NCBI GenBank assembly: GCA_965197645.1
Contig: OZ240219.1
Coordinates: 1,792,001 to 1,856,000 of the forward strand
Source: Dehalococcoidia bacterium
GTDB taxonomy: Bacteria > Chloroflexota > Dehalococcoidia > Plut-88900
Direction: 5' to 3'
DNA length: 64,000 bases
Position numbers and translations under genes: made by a program. Shown here one piece after another: positions 1 to 9,412 of the stretch (positions are counted from its first letter, which is position 1; each line of letters starts with the position of its first letter). The notes under the pieces were generated by a model. It saw only the letters and a program-made list of their open reading frames with translations, did no database searches and had not been told where the DNA came from.

Positions 1-1128
1 GTCCATCTCCTCGGCCACCCCCTTGACCAGATCTCGGATGTTGCCCTCAGTGAGAATGTTGGAGCGAATCTTGTTGACCACCAGCTCCTCGAAGCGGCGG
101 GCGTTGAGCGTGGGAGTCTCGCAGGCGTCCCTGCCGAGCTTGATGTTCGACTGGCAGACGTAGTAGGAGTACTTGCCGCTCTGGGCGAACCGGCCGATGA
201 GCGGCGTGTTGCACGTCTTGCACTTGGCGAGGCCGCTGAGCAGGTAGGAGCTTCCGACTCTTCGCGGGTGGCTGAACTTGGGTGCGCGGGAGCCCAGATG
301 CTTCCCGACGCGCTGCAACTGCGCCCTGGTGATGATGGCGGGAAACGCCTTCTCCACCCGCACCGGGTCGGCGTTGTCCTTGGCGTTCGCGCCCCAGACC
401 AGTGTGCCCGTGTACGCCTCGTTGGTGAGGATGTTGTGGACGCTGGTCCTGGCCCAGAGCTTACCCCTGGGACTGGCGATGCCCTCGTTGTTGAGGGTGC
501 GGATGATTTCGAGCGTCCCGTTTCCGGCCTCCGCCATGTCGTACATGCGCTTGACGGTGGGAGCCACATCGGGGTCGATCTCCAGGGTGGGCCTCTTTTT
601 GGGACCGTCCTGCACCATGACCCGGTTGTAGCCGTAAGGGGCGTGGCTGGAAATCCAGAAGCCTCTCGACGCGGCTTCCCGCATCCCCCGCGTAACCTCC
701 TGGGCAAGATTCTCGCTGTAGAATTCGTCCACGCTCTCGATGATGGCCTCCATGAGCTTGCCCGTCGGTGTGTCGTCGGCGTGCTCGGTGATGGAGACGA
801 CGCGGACGCCCTTACGCCTGAGCATGGACTTGAAGGCGACGGCGTGCTCGCGCTTGCGGGTGAAGCGGCTGAACTTCCAGACAAGGATTTCCTTGAAGGG
901 GGCCGTGGTCCTGCTGGCCTCGTCGATCATCTTGCGGAACTGCGGGCGGTCGGCGATGCGGCCGCTCTCGGCCTCGTCCACGAACTCTCCGACGACCATG
1001 TAGCCGTTCTTGCGGGCGTGGTCTCGGAGCGCCCTGAGCTGTGCGGAAACGGACAGGTCCACGTCCTGGCGGTCGCTGGAGACTCTGGCATAGAGGGCCA
1101 CTGGTGTGCAGTCGTGTCGTTCAGCCAT
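1..1128 (-). CDS. Large serine recombinase (resolvase catalytic + recombinase + Zn-ribbon domains), 3' end runs off window
   Basis: Manual minus-strand translation MAERHDCTPVALYARVSSDRQDVDLSVSAQLRAL...DEAESGRIADRPQF...WKFSRFTR...APYGY...YLLSGLAKCKTC; YARVS catalytic-Ser motif; absent from the ORF track because there is no stop in the window. Confidence 0.93.
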   Translation of the reverse strand, partial: MAERHDCTPVALYARVSSDRQDVDLSVSAQLRALRDHARKNGYMVVGEFVDEAESGRIADRPQFRKMIDEASRTTAPFKEILVWKFSRFTRKREHAVAFKSMLRRKGVRVVSITEHADDTPTGKLMEAIIESVDEFYSENLAQEVTRGMREAASRGFWISSHAPYGYNRVMVQDGPKKRPTLEIDPDVAPTVKRMYDMAEAGNGTLEIIRTLNNEGIASPRGKLWARTSVHNILTNEAYTGTLVWGANAKDNADPVRVEKAFPAIITRAQLQRVGKHLGSRAPKFSHPRRVGSSYLLSGLAKCKTCNTPLIGRFAQSGKYSYYVCQSNIKLGRDACETPTLNARRFEELVVNKIRSNILTEGNIRDLVKGVAEEMD

Positions 1129-1205
1129 TCGTCTACCCTCCTTCTCTACGTCCTGTCCGGTCCGTCCATCCCTCGGCCCGGCGCCCGCCCAAAGCCAGGG
1201 GCGGC

Positions 1206-2042
1206 TCACACGCCGCAGTGACCCTCGCACTCGTTCCCGAACCCGTCCGCCTGCCCTCCGGCTCCCAAGACCGCCTCGTCGAGGTCGACCGCCTCGGCCA
1301 AGGGCATGCGAAGCATGTGCAGGTATGGGGTCTTGTCCAAGGCGAGCCCTTCTCGCAGGTTTGCGTCGATCTCCACCGCCTCGGCGAACAGCCCCGGCCA
1401 CCGGCGCTTCGCCTCCACCCAACGCTGGCGTGACTGGAAGGGGCAGGCGACGCAGGCCGAGCGTTCCAGGGGCCTGTCGTAGCGGGCCGCCCACCAGTCG
1501 GCGCAGTCGCTGCGGGACATGCCCGCCTCGATGAGCGGGTAGCGGTTCGTCATCCAACGGTCCCGGGAATCTTTCATGCGCATGGCCTCGTCGGTGGAGA
1601 TGCCGAGCCACAGCTCGACCGTCGTTCCGGCGGGGACACGCTGGCGGGGCCGCAAACCCAGCAGCTCCCGTATCCTGCGGCGGATGGGTCTGATCTTGTA
1701 GTTGGTGGTGCACTGGCGTCTGCCGATGCCGTCGCCCTGCCCGTCGCGCCCCTTGAGGTAGACGGGAATGTCCACGTAGCTGCGTGAGCCGGAGTGGTTG
1801 GTGAGGGCCTTCACGTCCTCGCGGAGGCTGCGCCCGTTGTCCACGACGTGCAGGGGGAAACGGAGCTGCCCGGCAAGCCATTCGATGTGCTCGTAGACGC
1901 TGGGCGGCTCCCAATGGGTGTCGGCGAAGATGGCGCAGTCCGGCACCCAGTCGAACGCGCCCTCGCTTGCCATGAGCGCCATGACGGAGGACTGGACGCC
2001 TCCGCCGAGGCTGAGGACGGTCAGGGTCGGATGCGAATTCAT
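1206..2042 (-). CDS. PP-loop adenine-nucleotide alpha-hydrolase / PAPS-reductase-like protein of the phage/MGE type
   Basis: SLGGGVQSS PP-loop, IFADT, RQCT..YKI, GISTDE, SACVACPF, C-terminal ECEGHCGV. Confidence 0.75.
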   Translation of the reverse strand: MNSHPTLTVLSLGGGVQSSVMALMASEGAFDWVPDCAIFADTHWEPPSVYEHIEWLAGQLRFPLHVVDNGRSLREDVKALTNHSGSRSYVDIPVYLKGRDGQGDGIGRRQCTTNYKIRPIRRRIRELLGLRPRQRVPAGTTVELWLGISTDEAMRMKDSRDRWMTNRYPLIEAGMSRSDCADWWAARYDRPLERSACVACPFQSRQRWVEAKRRWPGLFAEAVEIDANLREGLALDKTPYLHMLRMPLAEAVDLDEAVLGAGGQADGFGNECEGHCGV

Positions 2043-2254
2043 CAGCTCGCCTCCTCGCCGCCGTCGGGCGCAGCCTCGGGCAAGGGCGACGCGTCCCCGC
2101 GCTTGCGCATGTAGGAGCGGATGGCGACCTTTGCCCAGATGCGCAGGCCCTTGCGGAACATCCTCCGCTGCTCCGGGGTATAGGCCGCCGGGCCGTCCTC
2201 TCCTGACTGTTGTGTTCGTTCTGTGCGGTGGTATCTTTCATGTTGCGTAGTCAC
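2042..2254 (-). CDS. Small hypothetical protein (MGE-associated)
   Basis: 70-aa ORF whose stop overlaps the start of the next gene (TGATG coupling). Confidence 0.5.
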   Translation of the reverse strand: MTTQHERYHRTERTQQSGEDGPAAYTPEQRRMFRKGLRIWAKVAIRSYMRKRGDASPLPEAAPDGGEEAS

Positions 2255-2400
2255 AGCGGCGTCTGCTGGGCCGCTGGCCTCTCATTACGGGATTGCGGCT
2301 GGGCCGCCGGCGCCGACGGAACGGGCGGGCGCCGGCGGCATCCAGCCGTCTCAGACCCCGCCGTGCCGCCGTTGCGCCTGCGCCCGGCGGGGCCGCTCGT

Positions 2401-2730
2401 CTAGCTGTGCTCCTTGAAGAAGCTCATCTGGAAGCTCTCGGTCACGAGGATCGCCATGCCTCCGGGCATCCGAGCTGCGAAGCGGAAGAGGGCGTGCATG
2501 GCCCAGCCGCGGGGCTCGACGCCGTTGCGCCACCGGTGGACCAGCTTGGGGTCCACGCCGATGGCCCTGGCGAAGGCGGCCCACGTGAGGCCGCTGACCT
2601 CGTGCAGCCGTTCGAGGCGCTTGGGGAAGTCCTCGGCCAGCACGGCGGCCTGGAGGGCCAGGTCCTGTTCCTCGTCGAAGGTCTGTTCCGTGATCCCGTC
2701 GAAACGGGACGAATCGTTATGGTTCGTCAT
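2401..2730 (-). CDS. XRE-family helix-turn-helix protein
   Basis: DFPKRLERLHEVSGLTWAAFARAIGVDPKLVHRWRNGVEP HTH pattern; GGAGG upstream. Confidence 0.75.
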   Translation of the reverse strand: MTNHNDSSRFDGITEQTFDEEQDLALQAAVLAEDFPKRLERLHEVSGLTWAAFARAIGVDPKLVHRWRNGVEPRGWAMHALFRFAARMPGGMAILVTESFQMSFFKEHS

Positions 2731-2896
2731 CTCTATCCTCCATAGTGAAAAGTTGGTCGAAGTCGTCGAAACCCAGGGCCCTGAGCATCCGGCGGCGAAT
2801 GCGACCGGAGGGTGTGCGCCCCGCGTTGACCAGCATCGAGATGTAGCCGGGGCTGACCCCGACCTCCCTGGCGAGCCAGTTCTGGGAGCTGTTCAG
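2717..2896 (-). pseudogene. 5'-truncated XRE-HTH gene
   Basis: Manual translation LNSSQNWLAREVGVSPGYISMLVNAGRTPSGRIRRRMLRALGFDDFDQLF...; in-frame TAG just upstream (2900-2902), no start codon. Confidence 0.65.
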
Positions 2897-3119
2897 CCCC
2901 TACACCGGCTGGCGCTGGTACATCACCGAGTGGGACCCGGAGACGGGAACGTGCTTCGGCCTCGTCGAGGGGTTCGAGGTGGAGCTGGGCTACTTTGACC
3001 TGACCGAGTTGGCTGAGGTAACCGTGTTCGGCAGCGTCCCCGCCGTGGAGCGCGACCTGTACTGGGAGCCGCAGACCCTCGGCGAGATCAGGAGGCAGTC
3101 GTCGGGGATTGCGGCCTAG
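2889..3119 (+). pseudogene. 5'-truncated DUF2958-like gene
   Basis: Manual translation LFSPYTGWRWYITEWDPETGTCFGLVEGFEVELGYFDLTELAEV...VERDLYWEP; no ATG/GTG/TTG after the upstream in-frame stop at 2844-2846. Confidence 0.65.
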
Positions 3120-3170
3120 CGAACGGCCCACATAAACGCAGTCGAAGAAGAATCAAGGAAAGGAGACACC

Positions 3171-3653
3171 ATGCCTGACGAGAATGGAACGGAAGCAACC
3201 CGCTCGGATGCGCCGAGCACGGACGGGAGTCTCTTCGGCGAAGCGGCGGACGACACGGGAGCCGCTGTTGCCGACGAGCAGGACGCCAACAAGGAGCCCG
3301 ACCGCGAGGAACAAGCTCCTGATGACGCAGAGGAGCAAGCCGGTCAGCCGGAGGATCTGAAAGTCGTCGTGTCCGTCAAGGACGGCAAGGCCACCATCGG
3401 GGTGCAACAGCCCTCGTCCGACCCGCACATCGAGTCCTTCGACGACGCTGACCTCCCCGGCCTGACACAGGAGGTGCCGGCGGTGGTCGACCGGGCGAGA
3501 GCCAAATGGGAGGAAACACCCAAGCATCCGGCCCACGAGAGACCCGCTCCCACTCCCAGGGGCCGGAACCGGCGTGGGCAAGCTGCGGCTCAGGCCGAGA
3601 CGGCCGAGGGAGGGGCAGAGCAGCAGCAACCCGAGACGCTGAGGCTGTTCTAG
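3171..3653 (+). CDS. Acidic hypothetical protein (MGE-associated)
   Basis: 160-aa ORF with strong RBS AAAGGAG; low-complexity termini around a core DLKVVVS...TIGVQQPSSDPHIESF; ends in TLRLF. Confidence 0.7.
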   Translation: MPDENGTEATRSDAPSTDGSLFGEAADDTGAAVADEQDANKEPDREEQAPDDAEEQAGQPEDLKVVVSVKDGKATIGVQQPSSDPHIESFDDADLPGLTQEVPAVVDRARAKWEETPKHPAHERPAPTPRGRNRRGQAAAQAETAEGGAEQQQPETLRLF

Positions 3654-3823
3654 GGGCCGAGTCGAGATGGCTCGGACACATCATCGCAGTCGGCGCGGGA
3701 CGCTGACCGCAGTAGCAGGGGGAGGTCGTCGCAACGGCGACGGCTTTCCCCTGCCCAGCCATGTATGTGGCCTTTTTGCATTTCGGCCGCTGTGGTCGCG
3801 GGCCGCTTCCCCGGCAAGCCGGC

Positions 3824-4069
3824 TCAGCCGGTGAACAGGTGACCGAGGCCCAGGTCGTCTGCCAGGTCCTGAAGCGCCTTCAAATGCCGATAGTTGGGCC
3901 GCACTCCTCGCTGCCACCAACGCCTTACGGTGACGGGATCGACGCCGAGACGACGGGCGATCTCCACCCATGACAGGCCGGATGCGTGCTTGAACCACAC
4001 CAGCCGTTGTGGGAAGTCGTCTGGGAAGTCGCGGGGCTTTCTCCTGTACTGCGTGCGCTGTCGAGGCAT
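3824..4069 (-). CDS. XRE-family HTH protein, paralog of 2401-2730
   Basis: MPRQRTQY...DFPQRLVWFKHASGLSWVEIARRLGVDPVTVRRW; start moved to the ATG at 4069. Confidence 0.7.
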   Translation of the reverse strand: MPRQRTQYRRKPRDFPDDFPQRLVWFKHASGLSWVEIARRLGVDPVTVRRWWQRGVRPNYRHLKALQDLADDLGLGHLFTG

Positions 4070-4259
4070 AGCGCGAATCCTTGTCACGGACGACCACAAT
4101 CCCCTCCGCGACGGGGCGTCCAAGCCGTCAAGCAAACCCGCTCTCTAGCGGCCTCGAAGCTCCGACGTATCCGGCACGGGAGAGGCCGCCGCCCTCCCCC
4201 GGCGATCCGTACGCGGGCTTTTCTTGTTGCCAGTAAGACCGAGCGATTGACTTCCCGCT

Positions 4260-7200
4260 CTATCCGCTCGGACCGCTAACGGTGAACTCCAGTCTGTTGG
4301 ACAGCATCCTGCCGTCCTCCGTGCAGATGGCTCCATCGGCGGTGCAGTCCGTGGTTGCCGGGAGGACCACGGTAACGTCCCCGGTGGAGGTGGGCTTTAC
4401 CGTGATGCGCCAGTAGATGTTGCTGGGCTTGTCCGTTCTCTGCGCAGTCTCGACCGTGCCTCCCGTCACATTGAAGGCGTGGGTCTTCAGGGTCACGTAG
4501 CTCAGGCCGAACTCCTCGCTGAACTCAATGTCAAAGGTGAACTCTGACGATCCGTCATGGGTCGCCGGGGCCGCGACCGTCAGGCTGACGGTGAGCGGAA
4601 CTGGCGCCGCAGCTACGGCCACTGTCGCTTCGCTGGTCAGGGTCTCCTCGTTATCGGCGTCGTCGGTGAAGGACACCTTCACCTTGATGGTCTTGCCCTG
4701 CTCGCTGGCGGTCAGGGTGTAAGTCGAGCCGGTGGCCCCGTTGATGTCCGCCTCCCCGGCGATCCACTGGTATCGGTAAGCAACGTTGGTCAGCGCGTCC
4801 TCGTCGGCAATGTCCGCCGTATCTGCCGTCAGGGTCTCCCTCACCTGTGGCGTCCCGCTGATGGTCGGCAAGCCCGTGGCATCACGGTTGGGCGCCGCAG
4901 CTACGGCCACTGTCGCTTCGCTGGTCAGGGTCTCCTCGTTATCGGCGTCGTCGGTGAAGGACACCTTCACCTTGATGGTCTTGCCCTGCTCGCTGGCAGT
5001 CAGGGTGTAGGTGGAACCGGTGGCCCCGTTGATGTCCGACCCCCCGGCGCTCCACTGGTATCGGTAAGCAACGTTGGTCAGCCCGTCCTCGTCGGCAATG
5101 TCCGCCGTATCCGCCGTCAGGGTCTCCCTCACCTGTGGCGTCCCGCTGATGGTCGGCAAGCCCGTGGCATCACGGTTGGACGCTGCAGCTACGGACACTG
5201 TCGCTTCGCTGGTCAGAGTCTCCTCGTTATCGGCGTCGTCGGTGAAGGACACCTTCACCTTGATGGTCTTGCCCTGCTCGCTGGCGGTCAGGGTGTAGGT
5301 GGAACCGGTGGCCCCGTTGATGTCCGTACCACCGGCGCTCCACTGGTATCGGTAAGCAACGTTGGTCAGCCCGTCCCCGTCGGCAATGTCCGCCGTATCC
5401 GCCGTCAGGGTCTCCCTCACCTGTGGCGTCCCGCTGATGGTCGGCAAGCCCGTGGCATCACGGTTGGACGCTGCAGCTACGGACACTGTCGCTTCGCTGG
5501 TCAGAGTCTCCTCGTTATCGGCGTCGTCGGTGAAGGACACCTTCACCTTGATGGTCTTGCCCTGCTCGCTGGCGGTCAGGGTGTAGGTGGAACCGGTGGC
5601 CCCGTTGATGTCCGTACCACCGGCGCTCCACTGGTATCGGTAAGCAACGTTGGTCAGCCCGTCCCCGTCGGCAATGTCCGCCGTATCCGCCGTCAGGGTC
5701 TCCCTCACCTGTGGCGTCCCGCTGATGGTCGGCAAGCCCGTGGCATTGCCGTCGGCTACGGATGGCTGCACAAGAGGCAAATCTATTTCATACTTCGGCA
5801 ATTGTGTCGCAGTGAGGACCCTTTGGTCGTAAATGCCTTGCAGGTATGCCTTGAGGTTGTAGTTGTACGAACTGATGCCGTAGAACAGGTTGCCGATGGC
5901 GTTGTCTGCGTTCCATGCGTTCCACAGCGCTGCAAGCTCTTGTGCTGTCTTCGGCTGCTCGGCCAGCAGGTCTTGTGATTCGCTGATGTCGTTCTCAAGG
6001 TCGAATAGCTGGGGGCTTTCACCTGTGTCCAGGATGGGTTTGGGTTTTCCGTGACTGCGCCTTTCTTTGATCAGTTTGTCATCGCCGGAGCGGACTGCGT
6101 AGCCTCCGCTTCTCCAGTCGCGCCAGAACAATGCCTGATGCGGGGGACCTTCTTCTGCGCCTCGGAGAAATGGGTCAAGGTCGACTCCGTCGATCGGCCT
6201 GTCGGGGTCTTCGGAGGTGGCGTTTGCCAGCTTCAGGACGGTAGAGGCTATGTCCAGGCTGATGACCATAGGATCGTATGTGTGCCCTTCGGGCCACATG
6301 GCTGGCCATGAAGCGACAAAAGGTACGTGTATTCCGCCTTCGTAGAAACTGTCTTTCGCGCCGCGGAGCGGGTTGTTGTCGGCGTGGTCTCCGTCCGGAG
6401 GCTTGCCGGACCGGCCGCCGTTGTCGCTGAGGAAGAAGATGACGGTGTTGTCGGCGAGGGAGGATTCGTCCAGGGCGTCCAGCATTCTGCCGATGTTCTG
6501 GTCGAGCGAGTCCACCATTGCGAGGTAGATGCGCCGATCCCGGTCTTCAACTGTGGAGTACTTGTCGATGAGTTCCTGCGGGGCCTGCAGTGGAGTGTGT
6601 GGCGCGTTGTAGGCCAGGTAGAGGAAAAAGGGTTCGTCCGTTGGTTTCTCGATAAAGTCTATTGCTCTGTCGGTGAGGACGTCCGTCAAGTATCCGTCGA
6701 ACTCTCCGTAACCGGTGTTCTCGATGAGCGGGAGTTGCATGTGGTCGTGCGGGGACGTCGTATTTGAGTGCCAATAGCTGTGCCCACCGCCCAGGAAGCC
6801 GAAGAAGTAGTCGAATCCCCGGTTAAGCGGGTTGAATCTCCGTGCGGCTCCAAGCTGCCACTTGCCCACGATACCAGTCCGATAGCCTTCGTCTTGAAGT
6901 CTTTCGGGAAAGAGCGTTTCCTCTAGTGGAAGCCCATGGTTATCGTCAAAGGGAGCGTACGCCAGGTTGCCTTCCAAACCGAACCTTGACGGGTAACGAC
7001 CGGTCAGAAGGCCAGCTCGGGACGGAGTGCAAGTTGAGTAGGGCACATATCCATTCGTGAATGTAATGCCGCGGCTGGCCAGGCGGTCTATGTTTGTCGT
7101 CTGAATCTGCGTGGCGCCGTTGTAGCTGACGTCGTTGTACCCCAGGTCGTCGACGAGAATGACAATCACGTTCGGCTTGGCCACCACGGTCGCGGTCGCC

Positions 7201-9152
7201 TCGCTGGTGCGGGTCTCCTGGTTGTTGGCGTCGTCGTCGAAGGACACCTTGACCTTGATTGCGTTGCCCACATCTGCGGCGACCAGCGTGTACGTGGATG
7301 CTGTCTGGCCCGCTATGTCGGTGTCACCGTTGGTGCCGCTGCGAATCCACTGGTAGCTGTAGGAAACGTTGGTCAGTCCGTCGTCGTCGGCGATGTCCGA
7401 CGTGGACACGGTCAGCGTCTGGTCGACCACGGCAGGTCCGATGACGGTAGGAAGAGCGGTGCCTTGACTGCTTGCCTGGGCCGCCACCACTTCGTCAGTA
7501 GCCGCGCTGGTGAGGGTCTCCTGGTTGTCAGCGTCATCGGTGAAGCTCACCTTCACCTTGATGGTCTTGCCCACGTCGGCGTCGGACAGCTTGTAGGTCG
7601 AGTCCGTCGCGTCCTCGATGTCCGCGTCGGCGTTCCCGTCGTTCCTAATCCACTGGTAACCGTAGGAAACATTGGTCAACCCGTCCCCGTCGGTAATGGC
7701 CGAGGTGTCCGCCGTCAGCGTCTGTTCCGCCTCGGGCGTCCCACTGATGGTGGGCAGGCCGGCGGGCGCAGAGTTCTCAGACTCGGTGTTCTGCTCCGAG
7801 ATGCCTCCGCTAGGCGTGCCCGCTGCCTCGGTAGATGCCGGACCGTAGCCCATGACGTTGCTGGCTATGACCCGAACGGCGTATGCCACCCCTCCAGTCA
7901 ATCCGGTGATAGTGTCCGTAGTCCCGGTCACCGTGGCCTCGGAAACGTCCGCTGCGGTGTCCCAGCTGTCTGCCGCCTCCTTCCACTGCACCTTGTATCC
8001 AGTGATGGCGGAACCACCGTTGGATGAGGGGGCCTGCCAAGACGCATCAAGTTCCTGGATCTGGTCTCCTGTTGCCACGGCCAGGCTCAAAGGCTGTGTG
8101 GGTACGGTGGCGAGAACTGCTGTTGTCGCCACGCTGGTCAGGGACTCGTCGTTATCGGTGTCGTCGGCGAATGAGACCCGAACCTTGATGGTCTTGCCCA
8201 CATCGGTGTCTGACAGCTTGTAGGTGGAGTCCGCTGCGTCCTCAATGTCCGCGTCGGCGTTCCCGTCATTCGTGATCCACTGGTATCGGTAAGTAACGTT
8301 GCTCAGCCCGTCCCCGTCGGCAATGTCCGCCGTATCCGCCGTCAGGGTCTCCCTCACCTGGGGCGTCCCGCTGATGGTCGGCAAGCCCGTGGCATCACGG
8401 TTGGGCGCCGCAGCTACCTCCACCGTCGCTTCGCTGGTCAGGGTCTCCTCGTTATCGGCGTCGTCGGTGAAGGACACCTTCACCTTGATGGTCTTGCCCT
8501 GCTCGCTGGTAGTCAGGGTGTAGGTGGAACCGGTGGCCCCGTTGATGTCCGCCTCCCCGGCGCTCCACTGGTATCGGTAAGCAACGTTGGTCAGCCCGTC
8601 CTCGTCGGCAATGTCCGCCGTATCCGCCGTCAGGGTCTCCCTCACTTGGGGCGTCCCGTTGATGGTCGGCAGACCGGTGGCATCACTGTTGGGAGTGGGT
8701 TTCACCAGCGCCGACGTTGGGACGATGCTCACAGGAATCGTCTGCCCGTCCTCCCAATCGACGTCCACATCCGTCCATTTGAAGTTACTGTTCTCGGAAC
8801 TTCCCTTTGGAAATTCCAGGGTGAGGTCGCCAACTTGCAGCGTATAGCCCTCAGCTCCAGCAACCCCCGCTGCAAATGATAGGCGAAGGTCGCGGCCCGG
8901 GATGTGGGACCAGAGCGACTTAATCTGAAGACCCCCGGTGCCCCCAACGTTGGAGAAGAGGTCGGCGCTGGCTGCGCCGATGGAAACGTCGGTGTACTTC
9001 ACCACGAACATGTCTGCCGACCAAACCACTGTATTCTCATCTTGCGTCTGGCTCTGTGCCTGGACAACCCAGGGTATGAGCACCAGGGCGGCGATGGCCG
9101 CCAGTCCGAGGAGAATCAGTGGGAGCGTCGCAAGACGCCGCGAGATGGTCAT
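4260..9152 (-). CDS. Secreted/surface multidomain sulfatase: signal peptide, eight ~96-aa Ig-like repeats, FN3 domain, Cys-type (FGly) arylsulfatase domain
   Basis: N-terminal hydrophobic segment ending AQSQ; KPNVIVILVDDLG, CTPSRAGLLTGRY (CxPxR), GKW, NAPH, SDNG; repeats ATGLPTISGTPQVRETLTADT...; FN3 WQAPSSNGGSAITGYKVQW. Confidence 0.9.
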   Translation of the reverse strand: MTISRRLATLPLILLGLAAIAALVLIPWVVQAQSQTQDENTVVWSADMFVVKYTDVSIGAASADLFSNVGGTGGLQIKSLWSHIPGRDLRLSFAAGVAGAEGYTLQVGDLTLEFPKGSSENSNFKWTDVDVDWEDGQTIPVSIVPTSALVKPTPNSDATGLPTINGTPQVRETLTADTADIADEDGLTNVAYRYQWSAGEADINGATGSTYTLTTSEQGKTIKVKVSFTDDADNEETLTSEATVEVAAAPNRDATGLPTISGTPQVRETLTADTADIADGDGLSNVTYRYQWITNDGNADADIEDAADSTYKLSDTDVGKTIKVRVSFADDTDNDESLTSVATTAVLATVPTQPLSLAVATGDQIQELDASWQAPSSNGGSAITGYKVQWKEAADSWDTAADVSEATVTGTTDTITGLTGGVAYAVRVIASNVMGYGPASTEAAGTPSGGISEQNTESENSAPAGLPTISGTPEAEQTLTADTSAITDGDGLTNVSYGYQWIRNDGNADADIEDATDSTYKLSDADVGKTIKVKVSFTDDADNQETLTSAATDEVVAAQASSQGTALPTVIGPAVVDQTLTVSTSDIADDDGLTNVSYSYQWIRSGTNGDTDIAGQTASTYTLVAADVGNAIKVKVSFDDDANNQETRTSEATATVVAKPNVIVILVDDLGYNDVSYNGATQIQTTNIDRLASRGITFTNGYVPYSTCTPSRAGLLTGRYPSRFGLEGNLAYAPFDDNHGLPLEETLFPERLQDEGYRTGIVGKWQLGAARRFNPLNRGFDYFFGFLGGGHSYWHSNTTSPHDHMQLPLIENTGYGEFDGYLTDVLTDRAIDFIEKPTDEPFFLYLAYNAPHTPLQAPQELIDKYSTVEDRDRRIYLAMVDSLDQNIGRMLDALDESSLADNTVIFFLSDNGGRSGKPPDGDHADNNPLRGAKDSFYEGGIHVPFVASWPAMWPEGHTYDPMVISLDIASTVLKLANATSEDPDRPIDGVDLDPFLRGAEEGPPHQALFWRDWRSGGYAVRSGDDKLIKERRSHGKPKPILDTGESPQLFDLENDISESQDLLAEQPKTAQELAALWNAWNADNAIGNLFYGISSYNYNLKAYLQGIYDQRVLTATQLPKYEIDLPLVQPSVADGNATGLPTISGTPQVRETLTADTADIADGDGLTNVAYRYQWSAGGTDINGATGSTYTLTASEQGKTIKVKVSFTDDADNEETLTSEATVSVAAASNRDATGLPTISGTPQVRETLTADTADIADGDGLTNVAYRYQWSAGGTDINGATGSTYTLTASEQGKTIKVKVSFTDDADNEETLTSEATVSVAAASNRDATGLPTISGTPQVRETLTADTADIADEDGLTNVAYRYQWSAGGSDINGATGSTYTLTASEQGKTIKVKVSFTDDADNEETLTSEATVAVAAAPNRDATGLPTISGTPQVRETLTADTADIADEDALTNVAYRYQWIAGEADINGATGSTYTLTASEQGKTIKVKVSFTDDADNEETLTSEATVAVAAAPVPLTVSLTVAAPATHDGSSEFTFDIEFSEEFGLSYVTLKTHAFNVTGGTVETAQRTDKPSNIYWRITVKPTSTGDVTVVLPATTDCTADGAICTEDGRMLSNRLEFTVSGPSG
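4603..5747. repeat. Four near-identical 288-bp coding tandem repeats (further copies at ~8116-8690 and diverged ones at ~7190-7770)
   Basis: Units recur at 4603, 4891, 5179 and 5467 with a 288-bp period. Confidence 0.92.
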
Positions 9153-9412
9153 GACTTACCTCCGGCTAGCCAAGGGGTGAACATTTGAGCTAGGCCGCCA
9201 TAGGCGGCGAAGCCCGAGGCGAGCGGCGCAGCGACCGCAGGGGCCGCCGTTCCGTCCGCCGTCTCAGGTGCATGGACCGATCTGTCGAGCGCCATGTGAA
9301 TGCCTCCCTCGCACAGGCGGGATTCAGCGGGATGGTAGCGGCTCTAGAAGGCTTTGGTAAGTGCCTAATCACACTTCTTGGTGAGGTAATTTGGACGACA
9401 CTTTGTTAGCTC

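Noticed and set aside
268-1221. 317-aa plus-strand ORF (likewise 10153-11061, 4557-5978, 45479-46765 and many other long overlapping ORFs)
   Set aside because: Antisense or frame shadows of recognisable genes in high-GC DNA; no family motifs
2289-3115. 11-bp direct repeat GGGATTGCGGC at ~2289 and ~3105
   Set aside because: Too short and GC-rich to distinguish from chance; does not match the observed junctions
4603-5747. Possible CRISPR array or DGR template/variable repeats
   Set aside because: Contiguous in-frame 288-bp units without unique spacers; no cas or reverse transcriptase gene in the window
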